A DNA stretch of 64,000 nucleotides from Mobula hypostoma (Eukaryota): NCBI RefSeq assembly GCF_963921235.1, contig NC_086107.1, forward strand, positions 111,478,001 to 111,542,000, written 5' to 3'. The position numbers and the translations under genes were made by a program. Positions within the stretch are counted from its first letter, which is position 1. Each line of letters begins with the position of its first letter. Shown in pieces: positions 27,001 through 42,000 of this stretch. The notes under the pieces were generated by a model. It saw only the letters and a program-made list of their open reading frames with translations, was not told the origin of the DNA and did not search any database.

Positions 27001-30000
27001 CAGTGAGACACTCCCTCAGTACTGTTTCTCTGACAGTGCAGCACTCCCTCAGTACTGTCCCTTTGTCAGTGTGACACTCCCTCAATACTGTCCCTCTGAC
27101 GGTGAAGCACTCCCTCAGTACTGTCCCTCTGACACTGAGGCACTCCCTCAGTACTGTCCCTCTGACAGTGTGACACTCCCTCTGTACTGTCCCTCTGACA
27201 ATGAAGCACTCCCTCAGTACTGTCCCTCTGGCAGTGAGACACTCCCTCAGTACCGTCCCTCTGACAGTGAGACACTCCTTCAGTACTGTCCCTCTGACAG
27301 TGAGGTACTCCCTCAGTACCGTCGCTCTGTGAGGCACTCCCTCCGTACTGTCACTCCCATAGTGAGACACTCCCTCAGTACTGTCCCTCTGACAGTGAAG
27401 CACTCCCTCAGTACTGTCCCTTTGTCAGTGTGACACTCCCTCAGTACTGTCCCTCTGCTGGTGAGGCACTCCCGCAGTACTGTCCCTCCCATAGTGAGAC
27501 ACTCTCTCAGTTCTGTCCCTCTGACAGTGAAGCACTCCCTCAGTACTGTCCCTTTGTCAGTGTGATACTCCCTCAGTACTGTCCCTCTGACAGTGAAGCA
27601 CTCCCTCAGTACTGTCCCTTTGTCAGTGTGACACTCCCTCAGTACTGTCCCTCTGACAGTGAAGCACTCCCTCAGTACTGTCCCTTTGTCAGTGTGACAC
27701 TCCCTAAGTACTGTCCCTCTGGCAGTGAAGCACTCCCTCAGTACTGTCCCTTTGTCAGTGTGACACTCCCTCAGTACTGTCCCTCTGACACTGAGGCACT
27801 CCCTCAGTACTGTCCCTCTGGCAGTGAAGCACTCCCTCAGTACTGTCCCTTTGTCAGTGTGACACTCCCTCAGTACTGTCCCTCTGGCAGTGAGGCACTC
27901 CCTCCGTACTGTCCCTCCCATAGTGAGACACTCCCTCAGTACTGTCCCTCTGACAGTGAAGCACTCCCTCAGTACTGTCCCTTTGTCAGTGTGACACTCC
28001 CTCAGTACTGTCCCTCTGACAGTGAAGCACTCCCTCAGTACTGTCCCTTTGTCAGTGTGACACTCCCTCAGTACTGTCCATCTGACAGTGAGGTACTCCC
28101 TCAGTACCGTCGCTCTGTGAGGCACTCCCTCCGTACTGTCCCTCCCATAGTGAGACACTCCCTCAGTACTGTCCCTCTGACAGTGAAGCACTCCCTCAGT
28201 ACTGTCCCTCTGACAGTGAGACACTCCCTCAGTACTGTCCCTCCGACAGTGTGACACTCCCTCAGTACTGTCCCTCTGACAGTGAGACACTCCCTCAGTA
28301 CCGTCGCTCTGTGAGGCACTCCCTCTGTACTGTCCCTCCCATAGTGAGACACTCCCTCAGTACCGTCCCTCTGACAGTGTGACACTCCCTCAGTACTGTC
28401 CCTCTGACACTGAGGCACTCCCTCAGTACTGTCCCTCTGACAGTGTGACACTCCCTCAGTACTGTCCCTTTGTCAGTGTGACACTCCCTCAGTACTGTCC
28501 CTCTGACACTGAGGCACTCCCTCAGTACTGTCCCTCTGACAGTGTGACACTCCCTCAGTACTGTCCCTCTGACAGTGAGACACTCCCTCAGTACTGTCCC
28601 TCTGACAATGAAGAACTCCCTCAGTACTGTCCCTCTGGCAGTGAGACACTCCCTCAGTACTGTCCCTCTGGCAGTGAGGCACTCCTTCCGTACTGTCCCT
28701 CCCATAGGGAGACACTCCCTCAGTACTGTCCCTCTGACAGTGAAGCACTCCCTCAGTACTGTCCCTTTGTCAGTGTGACACTCCCTCAGTACTGTCCCTC
28801 TGACAGTGAAGCACTCCCTCAGTACTGTCCCTTTGTCAGTGTGACACTCCCTCAGTACTGTCCCTCTGACAGTGAGGTACTCCCTCAGTACCGTCGCTCT
28901 GTGAGGCACTCCCTCCATACTGTCCCTCCCATAGTGAGACACTCCCTCACTACTGTCCCTCTGACAGTGAAGCACTCCCTCAGTACTGTCCGTTTGTCAG
29001 TGTGACACTCCCTCAGTACTGTCCCTCTGACAGTGAGACACTCCCTCAGTACTGTCCCTCCCATAGTGAGACACTCCTTCAGTACTGTCCCTCTGACAGT
29101 GAAGCACTCCCTCAGTACTGTCCCTTTGTCAGTGTGACACTCCCTCAGTACTGTCCCTCTGGCAGTGAGGCACTCCCTCAGTACTGTCCCTCCCATAGTG
29201 AGACACTCCCTCAGTACTGTCCCTCTGACAGTGAAGCACTCCCTCAGTACTGTCCCTTTGTCAGTGTGACACTCCCTCAGTACTGTCCCTCTGACAGTGA
29301 AGCACTCCCTCAGTACTGTCCCTTTGTCAGTGTGACACTCCCTCAGTACTTTCCCTCTGACAGTGTGACACTCCCTTAGTACTGTCCCTCTGACAGTGAG
29401 ACACTCCCTCAGTACTGTCCATCTGACAGTGAGACGCTCCCTCTGACAGTGAGACACTCCCTCAGTACTGTCCCTCTGACAGTGAGACACTCCCTCAGTA
29501 CCGTCCCTCTGGCAGTGAGACACTCCCTCAGTACTCTCCCTCTGAGAGTGAGATGCTCCCTCAGTACTGTCCCTCTAACAGTGCAACACTCCCTCGGCAC
29601 TGTCCCTCTGACAGTGGGACACCCCATCAGTACTGTCCCTCTGACAGTGAAGCACTCCCTCAATACCGTCCCTTTGTCAGTGTGACACTCCCTCAGTACT
29701 GTCCCTCTGACAGTGAAGCACTCCCTCAGTACTGTCCCTTTGTCAGTGTGACACTCCCTCAGTACTGTCCCTCTGACAGTGAAGCACTCCCTCAGTACTG
29801 TCCCTTTGTCAGTGTGACACTCCCTAAGTACTGTCCCTCTGGCAGTGAAGCACTCCCTCAGTACTGTCCCTTTGTCAGTGTGACACTCCCTCAGTACTGT
29901 CCCTCTGACAGTGAAGCACTCCCTCAGTACTGTCCCTCTGACAGTGAGACACTCCCTCAGTACTGTCCCTCCGACAGTGTGACACTCCCTCAGTACTGTC

Positions 30001-33000
30001 CCTCTGACAGTGAGACACTCCCTCAGTACCGTCGCTCTGTGAGGCACTCCCTCTGTACTGTCCCTCCCATAGTGAGACACTCCCTCAGTACCGTCCCTCT
30101 GACAGTGTGACACTCCCTCAGTACTGTCCCTCTGACACTGAGGCACTCCCTCAGTACTGTCCCTCTGACAGTGTGACACTCCCTCAATACTGTCCCTTTG
30201 TCAGTGTGACACTCCCTCAGTACTGTCCCTCTGACACTGAGGCACTCCCTCAGTACTGTCCCTCTGACAGTGTGACACTCCCTCAGTACTGTCCCTCTGA
30301 CAGTGAGACACTCCCTCAGTACTGTCCCTCTGACAATGAAGAACTCCCTCAGTACTGTCCCTCTGGCAGTGAGACACTCCCTCAGTACTGTCCCTCTGGC
30401 AGTGAGGCACTCCTTCCGTACTGTCCCTCCCATAGGGAGACACTCCCTCAGTACTGTCCCTCTGACAGTGAAGCACTCCCTCAGTACTGTCCCTTTGTCA
30501 GTGTGACACTCCCTCAGTACTGTCCCTCTGACAGTGAAGCACTCCCTCAGTACTGTCCCTTTGTCAGTGTGACACTCCCTCAGTACTGTCCATCTGACAG
30601 TGAGGTACTCCCTCAGTACCGTCACTCTGTGAGGCACTCCCTCCATACTGTCCCTCCCATAGTGAGACACTCCCTCACTACTGTCCCTCTGACAGTGAAG
30701 CACTCCCTCAGTACTGTCCGTTTGTCAGTGTGACACTCCCTCAGTACTGTCCCTCTGACAGTGAGACACTCCCTCAGTACTGTCCCTCCCATAGTGAGAC
30801 ACTCCTTCAGTACTGTCCCTCTGACAGTGAAGCACTCCCTCAGTACTGTCCCTTTGTCAGTGTGACACTCCCTCAGTACTGTCCCTCTGGCAGTGAGGCA
30901 CTCCCTCCGTACTGTCCCTCCCATAGTGAGACACTCCCTCAGTACTGTCCCTCTGACAGTGAAGCACTCCCTCAGTACTGTCCCTTTGTCAGTGTGACAC
31001 TCCCTCAGTACTGTCCCTCTGACAGTGAAGCACTCCCTCAGTACTGTCCCTTTGTCAGTGTGACACTCCCTCAGTACTTTCCCTCTGACAGTGTGACACT
31101 CCCTTAGTACTGTCCCTCTGACAGTGAGACACTCCCTCAGTACTTTCCATCTGACAGTGAGACGCTCCCTCTGACAGTGAGACACTCCCTCAGTACTGTC
31201 CCTCTGACAGTGTGACACTCCCTCAGTACTGTCCCTCTGACAGTGAGACACTCCCTCAGTACCGTCCCTCTGGCAGTGAGACACTCCCTCAGTACTCTCC
31301 CTCTGAGAGTGAGATGCTCCCTCAGTACTGTCCCTCTAACAGTGCAACACTCCCTCGGCACTGTCCCTCTGACAGTGGGACACCCCATCAGTACTGTCCC
31401 TCTGACAGTGAAGCACTCCCTCAATACCGTCCCTTTGTCAGTGTGACACTCCCTCAGTACTGTCCCTCTGACAGTGAAGCACTCCCTCAGTACTGTCCCT
31501 TTGTCAGTGTGACACTCCCTCAGTACTGTCCCTCTGACAGTGAAGCACTCCCTCAGTACTGTCCCTTTGTCAGTGTGACACTCCCTAAGTACTGTCCCTC
31601 TGGCAGTGAAGCACTCCCTCAGTACTGTCCCTTTGTCAGTGTGACACTCCCTCAGTACTGTCCCTCTGACACTGAGGCACTCCCTCAGTACTGTCCCTCT
31701 GGCAGTGAAGCACTCCCTCAGTACTGTCCCTTTGTCAGTGTGACACTCCCTCAGTACTGTCCCTCTGGCAGTGAGGCACTCCCTCCGTACTGTCCCTCCC
31801 ATAGTGAGACACTCCCTCAGTACTGTCCCTCTGACAGTGAAGCACTCCCTCAGTACTGTCCCTTTGTCAGTGTGACACTCCCTCAGTACTGTCCCTCTGA
31901 CAGTGAAGCACTCCCTCAGTACTGTCCCTTTGTCAGTGTGACACTCCCTCAGTACTGTCCCTCTGACAGTGAGGTACTCCCTCAGTACCGTCGCTCTGTG
32001 AGGCACTCCCTCCGTACTGTCCCTCCCATAGTGAGACACTCCCTCAGTACTGTCCCTCTGACAGTGAAGCACTCCCTCAGTACTGTCCCTCTGACAGTGA
32101 GACACTCCCTCAGTACTGTCCCTCCGACAGTGTGACACTCCCTCAGTACTGTCCCTCTGACAGTGAGACACTCCCTCAGTACCGTCGCTCTGTGAGGCAC
32201 TCCCTCTGTACTGTCCCTCCCATAGTGAGACACTCCCTCAGTACCGTCCCTCTGACAGTGTGACACTCCCTCAGTACTGTCCCTCTGACACTGAGGCACT
32301 CCCTCAGTACTGTCCCTCTGACAGTGTGACACTCCCTCAGTACTGTCCCTTTGTCAGTGTGACACTCCCTCAGTACTGTCCCTCTGACACTGAGGCACTC
32401 CCTCAGTCCTGTCCCTCTGACAGTGTGACACTCCCTCAGTACTGTCCCTCTGACAGTGAGACACTCCCTCAGTACTGTCCCTCTGACAATGAAGAACTCC
32501 CTCAGTACTGTCCCTCTGGCAGTGAGACACTCCCTCAGTACTGTCCCTCTGGCAGTGAGGCACTCCTTCCGTACTGTCCCTCCCATAGGGAGACACTCCC
32601 TCAGTACTGTCCCTCTGACAGTGAAGCACTCCCTCAGTACTGTCCCTTTGTCAGTGTGACACTCCCTCAGTACTGTCCCTCTGACAGTGAAGCACTCCCT
32701 CAGTACTGTCCCTTTGTCAGTGTGACACTCCCTCAGTACTGTCCCTCTGACAGTGAGGTACTCCCTCAGTACCGTCGCTCTGTGAGGAACTCCCTCCATA
32801 CTGTCCCTCCCATAGTGAGACACTCCCTCACTACTGTCCCTCTGACAGTGAAGCACTCCCTCAGTACTGTCCGTTTGTCAGTGTGACACTCCCTCAGTAC
32901 TGTCCCTCTGACAGTGAGACACTCCCTCAGTACTGTCCCTCCCATAGTGAGACACTCCTTCAGTACTGTCCCTCTGACAGTGAAGCACTCCCTCAGTACT

Positions 33001-36000
33001 GTCCCTTTGTCAGTGTGACACTCCCTCAGTACTGTCCCTCTGGCAGTGAGGCACTCCCTCCGTACTGTCCCTCCCATAGTGAGACACTCCCTCAGTACTG
33101 TCCCTCTGACAGTGAAGCACTCCCTCAGTACTGTCCCTTTGTCAGTGTGACACTCCCTCAGTACTGTCCCTCTGACAGTGAAGCACTCCCTCAGTACTGT
33201 CCCTTTGTCAGTGTGACACTCCCTCAGTACTTTCCCTCTGACAGTGTGACACTCCCTTAGTACTGTCCCTCTGACAGTGAGACACTCCCTCAGTACTGTC
33301 CATCTGACAGTGAGACGCTCCCTCTGACAGTGAGACACTCCCTCAGTACTGTCCCTCTGACAGTGTGACACTCCCTCAGTACTGTCCCTCTGACAGTGAG
33401 ACACTCCCTCAGTACCGTCCCTCTGGCAGTGAGACACTCCCTCAGTACTCTCCCTCTGAGAGTGAGATGCTCCCTCAGTACTGTCCCTCTAACAGTGCAA
33501 CACTCCCTCGGCACTGTCCCTCTGACAGTGGGACACCCCATCAGTACTGTCCCTCTGACAGTGAAGCACTCCCTCAGTACCGTCCCTTTGTCAATGTGAC
33601 ACTCCCTCAGTACTGTCCCTCTGGCAGTGAGACACTCCCTCAGTACTGTCCCTCTGACAGTGAAGCACTCACTCAGTACTGTCCCTTTGTCAGTGTGAAA
33701 CTCCGTCAGTACTGTCCCTCTGACAGTGAAGCACTCCCTCAGTACTGTCCCTTTGTCAGTGTGACACTCCCTCAGTACTGTCCCTCTGACGGTGAAGCAC
33801 TCCCTCAGTACTGTCCCTTTGTCAGTGTGACACTCCCTCAGTACTGTCCCTCTGACACTGAGGCACTCCCTCAGTACTCTCCCTCTGACAGTGTGACACT
33901 CCCTCAGTACTGTCCCTCTGACAGTGAGACACTCCCTCAGTACTGTCCCTCTGACAATGAAGAACTCCCTCAGTACTGTCCCTCTGGCAGTGAGACACTC
34001 CCTCAGTACTGTCCCTCCCATAGTGAGACACTCCCTCAGTACCGTCCCTCTGATAGTGAAGCACTCACTCAGTACTGTCCCTTTGTCAGTGTGACACTCC
34101 CTCAGTACTGTCCCTCTGGCAGTGAGGCACTCCCTCCGTACTGTCCCTCCCATAGTGAGACACTCCCTCAGTACTGTCCCTCTGACAGTGAAGCACTCCC
34201 TCAGTACTGTCCCTTTGTCAGTGTGACACTCCCTCAGTACTGTCCCTCTGACAGTGAAGCACTCCCTCAGTACTGTCCCTTTGTCAGTGTGACACTCCCT
34301 CAGTACTGTCCCTCTGACAGTGAGACACTNNNNNNNNNNNNNNNNNNNNNNNNNNNNNNNNNNNNNNNNNNNNNNNNNNNNNNNNNNNNNNNNNNNNNNN
34401 NNNNNNNNNNNNNNNNNNNNNNNNNNNNNNNNNNNNNNNNNNNNNNNNNNNNNNNNNNNNNNNNNNNNNNNNNNNNNNNNNNNNNNNNNNNNNNNNNNNN
34501 NNNNNNNNNNNNNNNNNNNNNNNNNNNNNTCCCTCAGTACTGTCCCTTTGTCAGTGTGACACTCCCTCAGTACTGTCCCTCTGACAGTGAGACACTCCCT
34601 CAGTACTGTCCCTCCCATAGTGAGACACTCCTTCAGTACTGTCCCTCTGACAGTGAAGCACTCCCTCAGTACTGTCCCTCCGACAGTGTGACACTCCCTC
34701 AGTACTGTCCCTCTGACAGTGAGATACTCCCTCAGTACCGTCGCTCTGTGAGGCACTCCCTCCGTACTGTCCCTCCCATAGTGAGACACTCCCTCAGTAC
34801 CGTCCCTCTGACACTGTGACACTCCCTCAGTACTGTCCCTCCGACAGTGTGACACTCCCTCAGTACCGTCCCTCTGACAGTGAGACACTCCCACAGTACT
34901 GTCCCTCCGACAGTTTGACACTCCCTCAGTACTGTCCCTCTGACAGTGTGACACTCCCTCAGTACTGTCCCTCCCATAGTGAGACACTCCCTCAGTACCG
35001 TCCCTCTGACAGTGTGACACTCCCTCAGTACAGTCCCTCTGACACTGAGGCACTCCCTCAGTACTGTCCCTCTGACAGTGTGACACTCCCTCAGTACTGT
35101 CCCTCTGACAGTGAGACACTCCCTCAGTACCATCCCTCTGACAGTGAGGCACTCCCTCAGTACCATCCCTCTGACAGTGAGGTACTCCCTCAGTACTGTC
35201 CCTCTGACAGTGAAGCACTCCCTCAGTACTGTCCCTTTGTCAGTGTGACACTCCCTCAGTACTGTCCCTCTGACAGTGAAGCACTCCCTCAGTACTGTCC
35301 CTTTGTCAGTGTGACACACCCTCAGTACTGTCCCTCTGGCAGTGAGACACACCCTCTGTACTGTCCCTCTGACAGTGTGACACTCCCTGAGTACTGTCCC
35401 TCTGACAGTGAGACACTCCCTCAGTACCATCCCTCTGGCAGTGTGACACTCCCTTAGTACTGTCCCTCTGACAGTGAGACACTCCCTCAGTACTGTCCCT
35501 CTGACAGTGAGACGCTCCCTCTGACAGTGAGATACTCCCTCAGTACTGTCCCTCTGACAGTGTGACACTCCCTCAGTACTGTCCCTCTGACAGTGAGACA
35601 CTCCCTCAGTACTCTCCCTCTGACAGTGAGACACTCCCTCATTACCGACCCTCTGGCAGTGAGACACTCCCTCAGTACTCTCCCTCTGACAGTGAGATGC
35701 TCCCTCAGTGCTGTCCCTCTAACAGTGCAACACTCCCTCGGCACTGTCCCTCTGACAGTGGGACACCCCATCAGTACCGTCCCTCTGACAGTGAAGCACT
35801 CCCTCAGTACTGTCCCTTTGTCAGTGTGACACTCCCTCAGTACTGTCCCTCTGGCAGTGAGACACTCCCTCAGTACTGTTTCTCTGACAGTGCAGCACTC
35901 CCTCAGTACTGTCCCTTTGTCAGTGTGACACTCCCTCAATACTGTCCCTCTGGCAGTGAGGCACTCCCTCCGTACTGTCCCTCCCATAGTGAGACACTCC

Positions 36001-39000
36001 CTCAGTACTGTCCCTCTGACAGTGAAGCACTCCCTCAGTACTGTCCCTTTGTCAGTGTGACACTCCCTCAGTACTGTCCCTCGGACAGTGAAGCACTCCC
36101 TCAGTACTGTCCCTCTGACAGTGAGACACTCCCTCAGTACTGTCCCTCTGACAGTGTGACACTCCCTCAGTACTGTCCCTCTGACAGTGAGACACTCCCT
36201 CAGTACTGTCCATCTGACAGTGAGACGCTCCCTCTGACAGTGAGACACTCCCTCAGTACTGTCCCTCTGACAGTGAGACACTCCTTCAGTACTGTCCCTC
36301 TGACAGTGAGGTACTCCCTCAGTACCGTCGCTCTGGCAGTGAGGCACTCCCTCCGTACTGTCTCTCCCATAGTGAGACACTCCCTCAGTACTGTCCCTCT
36401 GACAGTGAAGCACTCCCTCAGTACTGTCCCTTTGTCAGTGTGACACTCCCTCAGTACTGTCCCTCTGGCAGTGAGGCACTCCCGCAGTACTGTCCCTCCC
36501 ATAGTGAGACACTCTCTCAGTTCTGTCCCTCTGACAGTGAAGCACTCCCTCAGTACTGTCCCTTTGTCAGTGTGATACTCCCTCAGTACTGTCCCTCTGA
36601 CAGTGAAGCACTCCCTCAGTACTGTCCCTTTGTCAGTGTGACACTCCCTCAGTACTGTCCCTCTGACAGTGAAGCACTCCCTCAGTACTGTCCCTTTGTC
36701 AGTGTGACACTCCCTCAGTACTGTCCCTCTGGCAGTGAAGCACTCCCTCAGTACTGTCCCTTTGTCAGTGTGACACTCCCTCAGTACTGTCCCTCTGACA
36801 GTGAGGCACTCCCTCAGTACTGTCCCTCTGACAATGAAGAACTCCCTCAGTACTGTCCCTCTGGCAGTGAGACACTCCCTCAGTACTGTCCCTCCCATAG
36901 TGAGACACTCCCTCAGTACCGTCCCTCTGATAGTGAAGCACTCACTCAGTACTGTCCCTTTGTCAGTGTGACACTCCCTCAGTACTGTCCCTCTGGCAGT
37001 GAGGCACTCCCTCCGTACTGTCCCTCCCATAGTGAGACACTCCCTCAGTACTGTCCCTCTGACAGTGAAGCACTCCCTCAGTACTGTCCCTTTGTCAGTG
37101 TGACACTCCCTCAGTACTGTCCCTCTGACAGTGAAGCACTCCCTCAGTACTGTCCCTTTGTCAGTGTGACACTCCCTCAGTACTGTCCCTCTGACAGTGA
37201 GACACTCCCTCAGTACTGTCCCTCCCATAGTGAGACACTCCTTCAGTACTGTCCCTCTGACAGTGAAGCACTCCCTCAGTACTGTCCCTCCGACAGTGTG
37301 ACACTCCCTCAGTACTGTCCCTCTGACAGTGAGATACTCCCTCAGTACCGTCGCTCTGTGAGGCACTCCCTCCGTACTGTCCCTCCCATAGTGAGACACT
37401 CCCTCAGTACCGTCCCTCTGACAGTGTGACACTCCCTCAGTACTGTCCCTCTGACAGTGAGGCACTCCCTCAGTACTGTCCCTCTGACAGTGAGACACTC
37501 CCACAGTACTGTCCCTCCGACAGTTTGACACTCCCTCAGTACTGTCCCTTTGTCAGTGTGACACTCCCTCAGTACTGTCCCTCTGACAGTGAGGCACTCC
37601 CTCAGTACTGTCCCTCTGACAGTGTGACACTCCCTCAGTACTGTCCCTCTGACAGTGAGACACTCCCTCAGTACTGTCCCTCTGACAGTGAAGACACTCC
37701 CTCAGTACTGTCCCTCTGGCAGTGAGACACTCCCTCAGTACTGTCCCTCTGGCAGTGAGGCACTCCCTCCGTACTGTCCCTCCCATAGGGAGACACTCCC
37801 TCAGTACTGTCCCTCTGACAGTGAAGCACTCCCTCAGTACTGTCCCTTTGTCATTGTGACACTCCCTCAGTACTGTCCCTCTGACAGTGAAGCACTCCCT
37901 CAGTACTGTCCCTTTGTCAGTGTGACACTCCCTCAGTACTGTCCCTCTGGCAGTGAGACACACCCTCTGTACTGTCCCTCTGACAGTGTGACACTCCCTG
38001 AGTACTGTCCCTCTGACAGTGAGACACTCCCTCAGTACCATCCCTCTGGCAGTGTGACACTCCCTTAGTACTGTCCCTCTGACAGTGAGACACTCCCTCA
38101 GTACTGTCCCTCTGACAGTGAGACGCTCCCTCTGACAGTGAGATACTCCCTCAGTACTGTCCCTCTGACAGTGTGACACTCCCTCAGTACTGTCCCTCTG
38201 ACAGTGAGACACTCCCTCAGTACTCTCCCTCTGACAGTGAGACACTCCCTCATTACCGACCCTCTGGCAGTGAGACACTCCCTCAGTACTCTCCCTCTGA
38301 CAGTGAGATGCTCCCTCAGTGCTGTCCCTCTAACAGTGCAACACTCCCTCGGCACTGTCCCTCTGACAGTGGGACACCCCATCAGTACCGTCCCTCTGAC
38401 AGTGAAGCACTCCCTCAGTACTGTCCCTTTGTCAGTGTGACACTCCCTCAGTACTGTCCCTCTGGCAGTGAGACACTCCCTCAGTACTGTTTCTCTGACA
38501 GTGCAGCACTCCCTCAGTACTGTCCCTTTGTCAGTGTGACACTCCCTCAATACTGTCCCTCTGACGGTGAAGCACTCCCTCAGTACTGTCCCTCTGACAC
38601 TGAGGCACTCCTTCAGTACTGTCCCTCTGACAGTGTGACACTCCCTCAGTACTGTCCCTCGGACAATGAAGCACTCCCTCAGTACTGTCCCTCTGACAGT
38701 GAGACACTCCTTCAGTACTGTCCCTCTGACAGTGTGACACTCCCTCAGTACTGTCCCTCGGACAATGAAGCACTCCCTCAGTACTGTCCCTCTGACAGTG
38801 AGACACTCCTTCAGTACTGTCCCTCTGACAGTGAGGTACTCCCTCAGTACCGTCGCTCTGTGAGGCACTCCCTCCGTACTGTCTCTCCCATAGTGAGACA
38901 CTCCCTCAGTACTGTCCCTCTGACAGTGAAGCACTCCCTCAGTACTGTCCCTTTGTCAGTGTGACACTCCCTCAGTACTGTCCCTCTGGCAGTGAGGCAC

Positions 39001-42000
39001 TCCCGCAGTACTGTCCCTCCCATAGTGAGACACTCTCTCAGTTCTGTCCCTCTGACAGTGAAGCACTCCCTCAGTACTGTCCCTTTGTCAGTGTGATACT
39101 CCCTCAGTACTGTCCCTCTGACAGTGAAGCACTCCCTCAGTACTGTCCCTTTGTCAGTGTGACACTCCCTCAGTACTGTCCCTCTGACAGTGAAGCACTC
39201 CCTCAGTACTGTCCCTTTGTCAGTGTGACACTCCCTAAGTACTGTCCCTCTGGCAGTGAAGCACTCCCTCAGTACTGTCCCTTTGTCAGTGTGACACTCC
39301 CTCAGTACTGTCCCTCTGACACTGAGGCACTCCCTCAGTACTGTCCCTCTGGCAGTGAAGCACTCCCTCAGTACTGTCCCGTTGTCAGTGTGACACTCCC
39401 TCAGTACTGTCCCTCTGGCAGTGAGGCACTCCCTCCGTACTGTCCCTCCCATAGTGAGACACTCCCTCAGTACTGTCCCTCTGACAGTGAAGCACTCCCT
39501 CAGTACTGTCCCTTTGTCAGTGTGACACTCCCTCAGTACTGTCCCTCTGACAGTGAAGCACTCCCTCAGTACTGTCCCTTTGTCAGTGTGACACTCCCTC
39601 AGTACTGTCCCTCTGACAGTGAGGTACTCCCTCAGTACCGTCGCTCTGTGAGGCACTCCCTCCGTACTGTCCCTCCCATAGTGAGACACTCCCTCAGTAC
39701 CGTCCCTCTGACAGTGTGACACTCCCTCAGTACTGTCCCTCTGACACTGAGGCACTCCCTCAGTACTGTCCCTCTGACAGTGTGACACTCCCTCAGTACT
39801 GTCCCTTTGTCAGTGTGACACTCCCTCAGTACTGTCCCTCTGACACTGAGGCACTCCCTCAGTACTGTCCCTCTGACAGTGTGACACTCCCTCAGTACTG
39901 TCCCTCTGACAGTGAGACACTCCCTCAGTACTGTCCCTCTGACAATGAAGAACTCCCTCAGTACTGTCCCTCTGGCAGTGAGACACTCCCTCAGTACTGT
40001 CCCTCTGGCAGTGAGGCACTCCCTCCGTACTGTCCCTCCCATAGGGAGACACTCCCTCAGTACTGTCCCTCTGACAGTGAAGCACTCCCTCAGTACTGTC
40101 CCTTTGTCATTGTGACACTCCCTCAGTACTGTCCCTCTGACAGTGAAGCACTCCCTCAGTACTGTCCCTTTGTCAGTGTGACACTCCCTCAGTACTGTCC
40201 CTCTGACAGTGAGGTACTCCCTCAGTACCGTCGCTCTGTGAGGCACTCCCTCCATACTGTCCCTCCCATAGTGAGACACTCCCTCACTACTGTCCCTCTG
40301 ACAGTGAAGCACTCCCTCAGTACTGTCCGTTTGTCAGTGTGACACTCCCTCAGTACTGTCCCTCTGACAGTGAGACACTCCCTCAGTACTGTCCCTCCCA
40401 TAGTGAGACACTCCTTCAGTACTGTCCCTCTGGCAGTGAGGCACTCCCTCCGTACTGTCCCTCCCATAGTGACACACTCCCTCAGTACTGTCCCTCTGAC
40501 AGTGAAGCACTCCCTCAGTACTGTCCCTTTGTCAGTGTGACACTCCCTCAGTACTGTCCCTCTGACAGTGAAGCACTCCCTCAGTACTGTCCCTTTGTCA
40601 GTGTGACACTCCCTCAGTACTTTCCCTCTGACAGTGTGACACTCCCTTAGTACTGTCCCTCTGACAGTGAGACACTCCCTCAGTACTGTCCCTCTGACAG
40701 TGAAGCACTCCCTCAGTACTGTCCCTTTGTCAGTGTGACACTCCCTCAGTACTGTCCCTCTGACAGTGAGACACTCCCTCAGTACTGTCCCTCTGGCAGT
40801 GAGACACTCCCTCAGTACTCTCCCTCTGAGAGTGAGATGCTCCCTCAGTACTGTCCCTCTAACAGTGCAACACTCCCTCGGCACTGTCCCTCTGACAGTG
40901 GGACACCCCATCAGTACTGTCCCTCTGACAGTGAAGCACTCCCTCAGTACCGTCCCTTTGTCAGTGTGACACTCCCTCAGTACTGTCCCTCTGGCACTGA
41001 GACACTCCCTCAGTACTGTCCCTCTGACAGTGAAGCACTCCCTCAGTACTGTCCCTTTGTCAGTGTGAAACTCCCTCAGTACTGTCCCTCTGACAGTGAA
41101 GCACTCCCTCAGTACTGTCCCTTTGTCAGTGTGACACTCCCTCAGTACTGTCCCTCTGACGGTGAAGCACTCCCTCAGTACTGTCCCTTTGTCAGTGTGA
41201 CACTCCCTCAGTACTGTCCCTCTGACACTGAGGCACTCCCTCAGTACTCTCCCTCTGACAGTGTGACACTCCCTCAGTACTGTCCCTCTGACAGTGAGAC
41301 ACTCCCTCAGTACTGTCCCTCTGACAATGAAGAACTCCCTCAGTACTGTCCCTCTGGCAGTGAGACACTCCCTCAGTACTGTCCCTCCCATAGTGAGACA
41401 CTCCCTCAGTACCGTCCCTCTGATAGTGAAGCACTCACTCAGTACTGTCCCTTTGTCAGTGTGACACTCCCTCAGTACTGTCCCTCTGGCAGTGAGGCAC
41501 TCCCTCCGTACTGTCCCTCCCATAGTGAGACACTCCCTCAGTACTGTCCCTCTGACAGTGAAGCACTCCCTCAGTACTGTCCCTTTGTCAGTGTGACACT
41601 CCCTCAGTACTGTCCCTCTGACAGTGAAGCACTCCCTCAGTACTGTCCCTTTGTCAGTGTGACACTCCTCAGTACTGTCCCTCTGACAGTGAGACACTCC
41701 CTCAGTACTGTCCCTCCCATAGTGAGACACTCCTTCAGTACTGTCCCTCTGACAGTGAAGCACTCCCTCAGTACTGTCCCTCTGACAGTGAGACACTCCC
41801 TCAGTACTGTCCCTCCGACAGTGTGACACTCCCTCAGTACTGTCCCTCTGACAGTGAGATACTCCCTCAGTACCGTCGCTCTGTGAGGCACTCCCTCCGT
41901 ACTGTCCCTCCCATAGTGAGACACTCCCTCAGTACCGTCCCTCTGACAGTGTGACACTCCCTCAGTACTGTCCCTCCGACAGTGTGACACTCCCTCAGTA

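Noticed and set aside
33290..35218. ORFs spanning the N run
   Set aside because: Artefacts of translating through the assembly gap.
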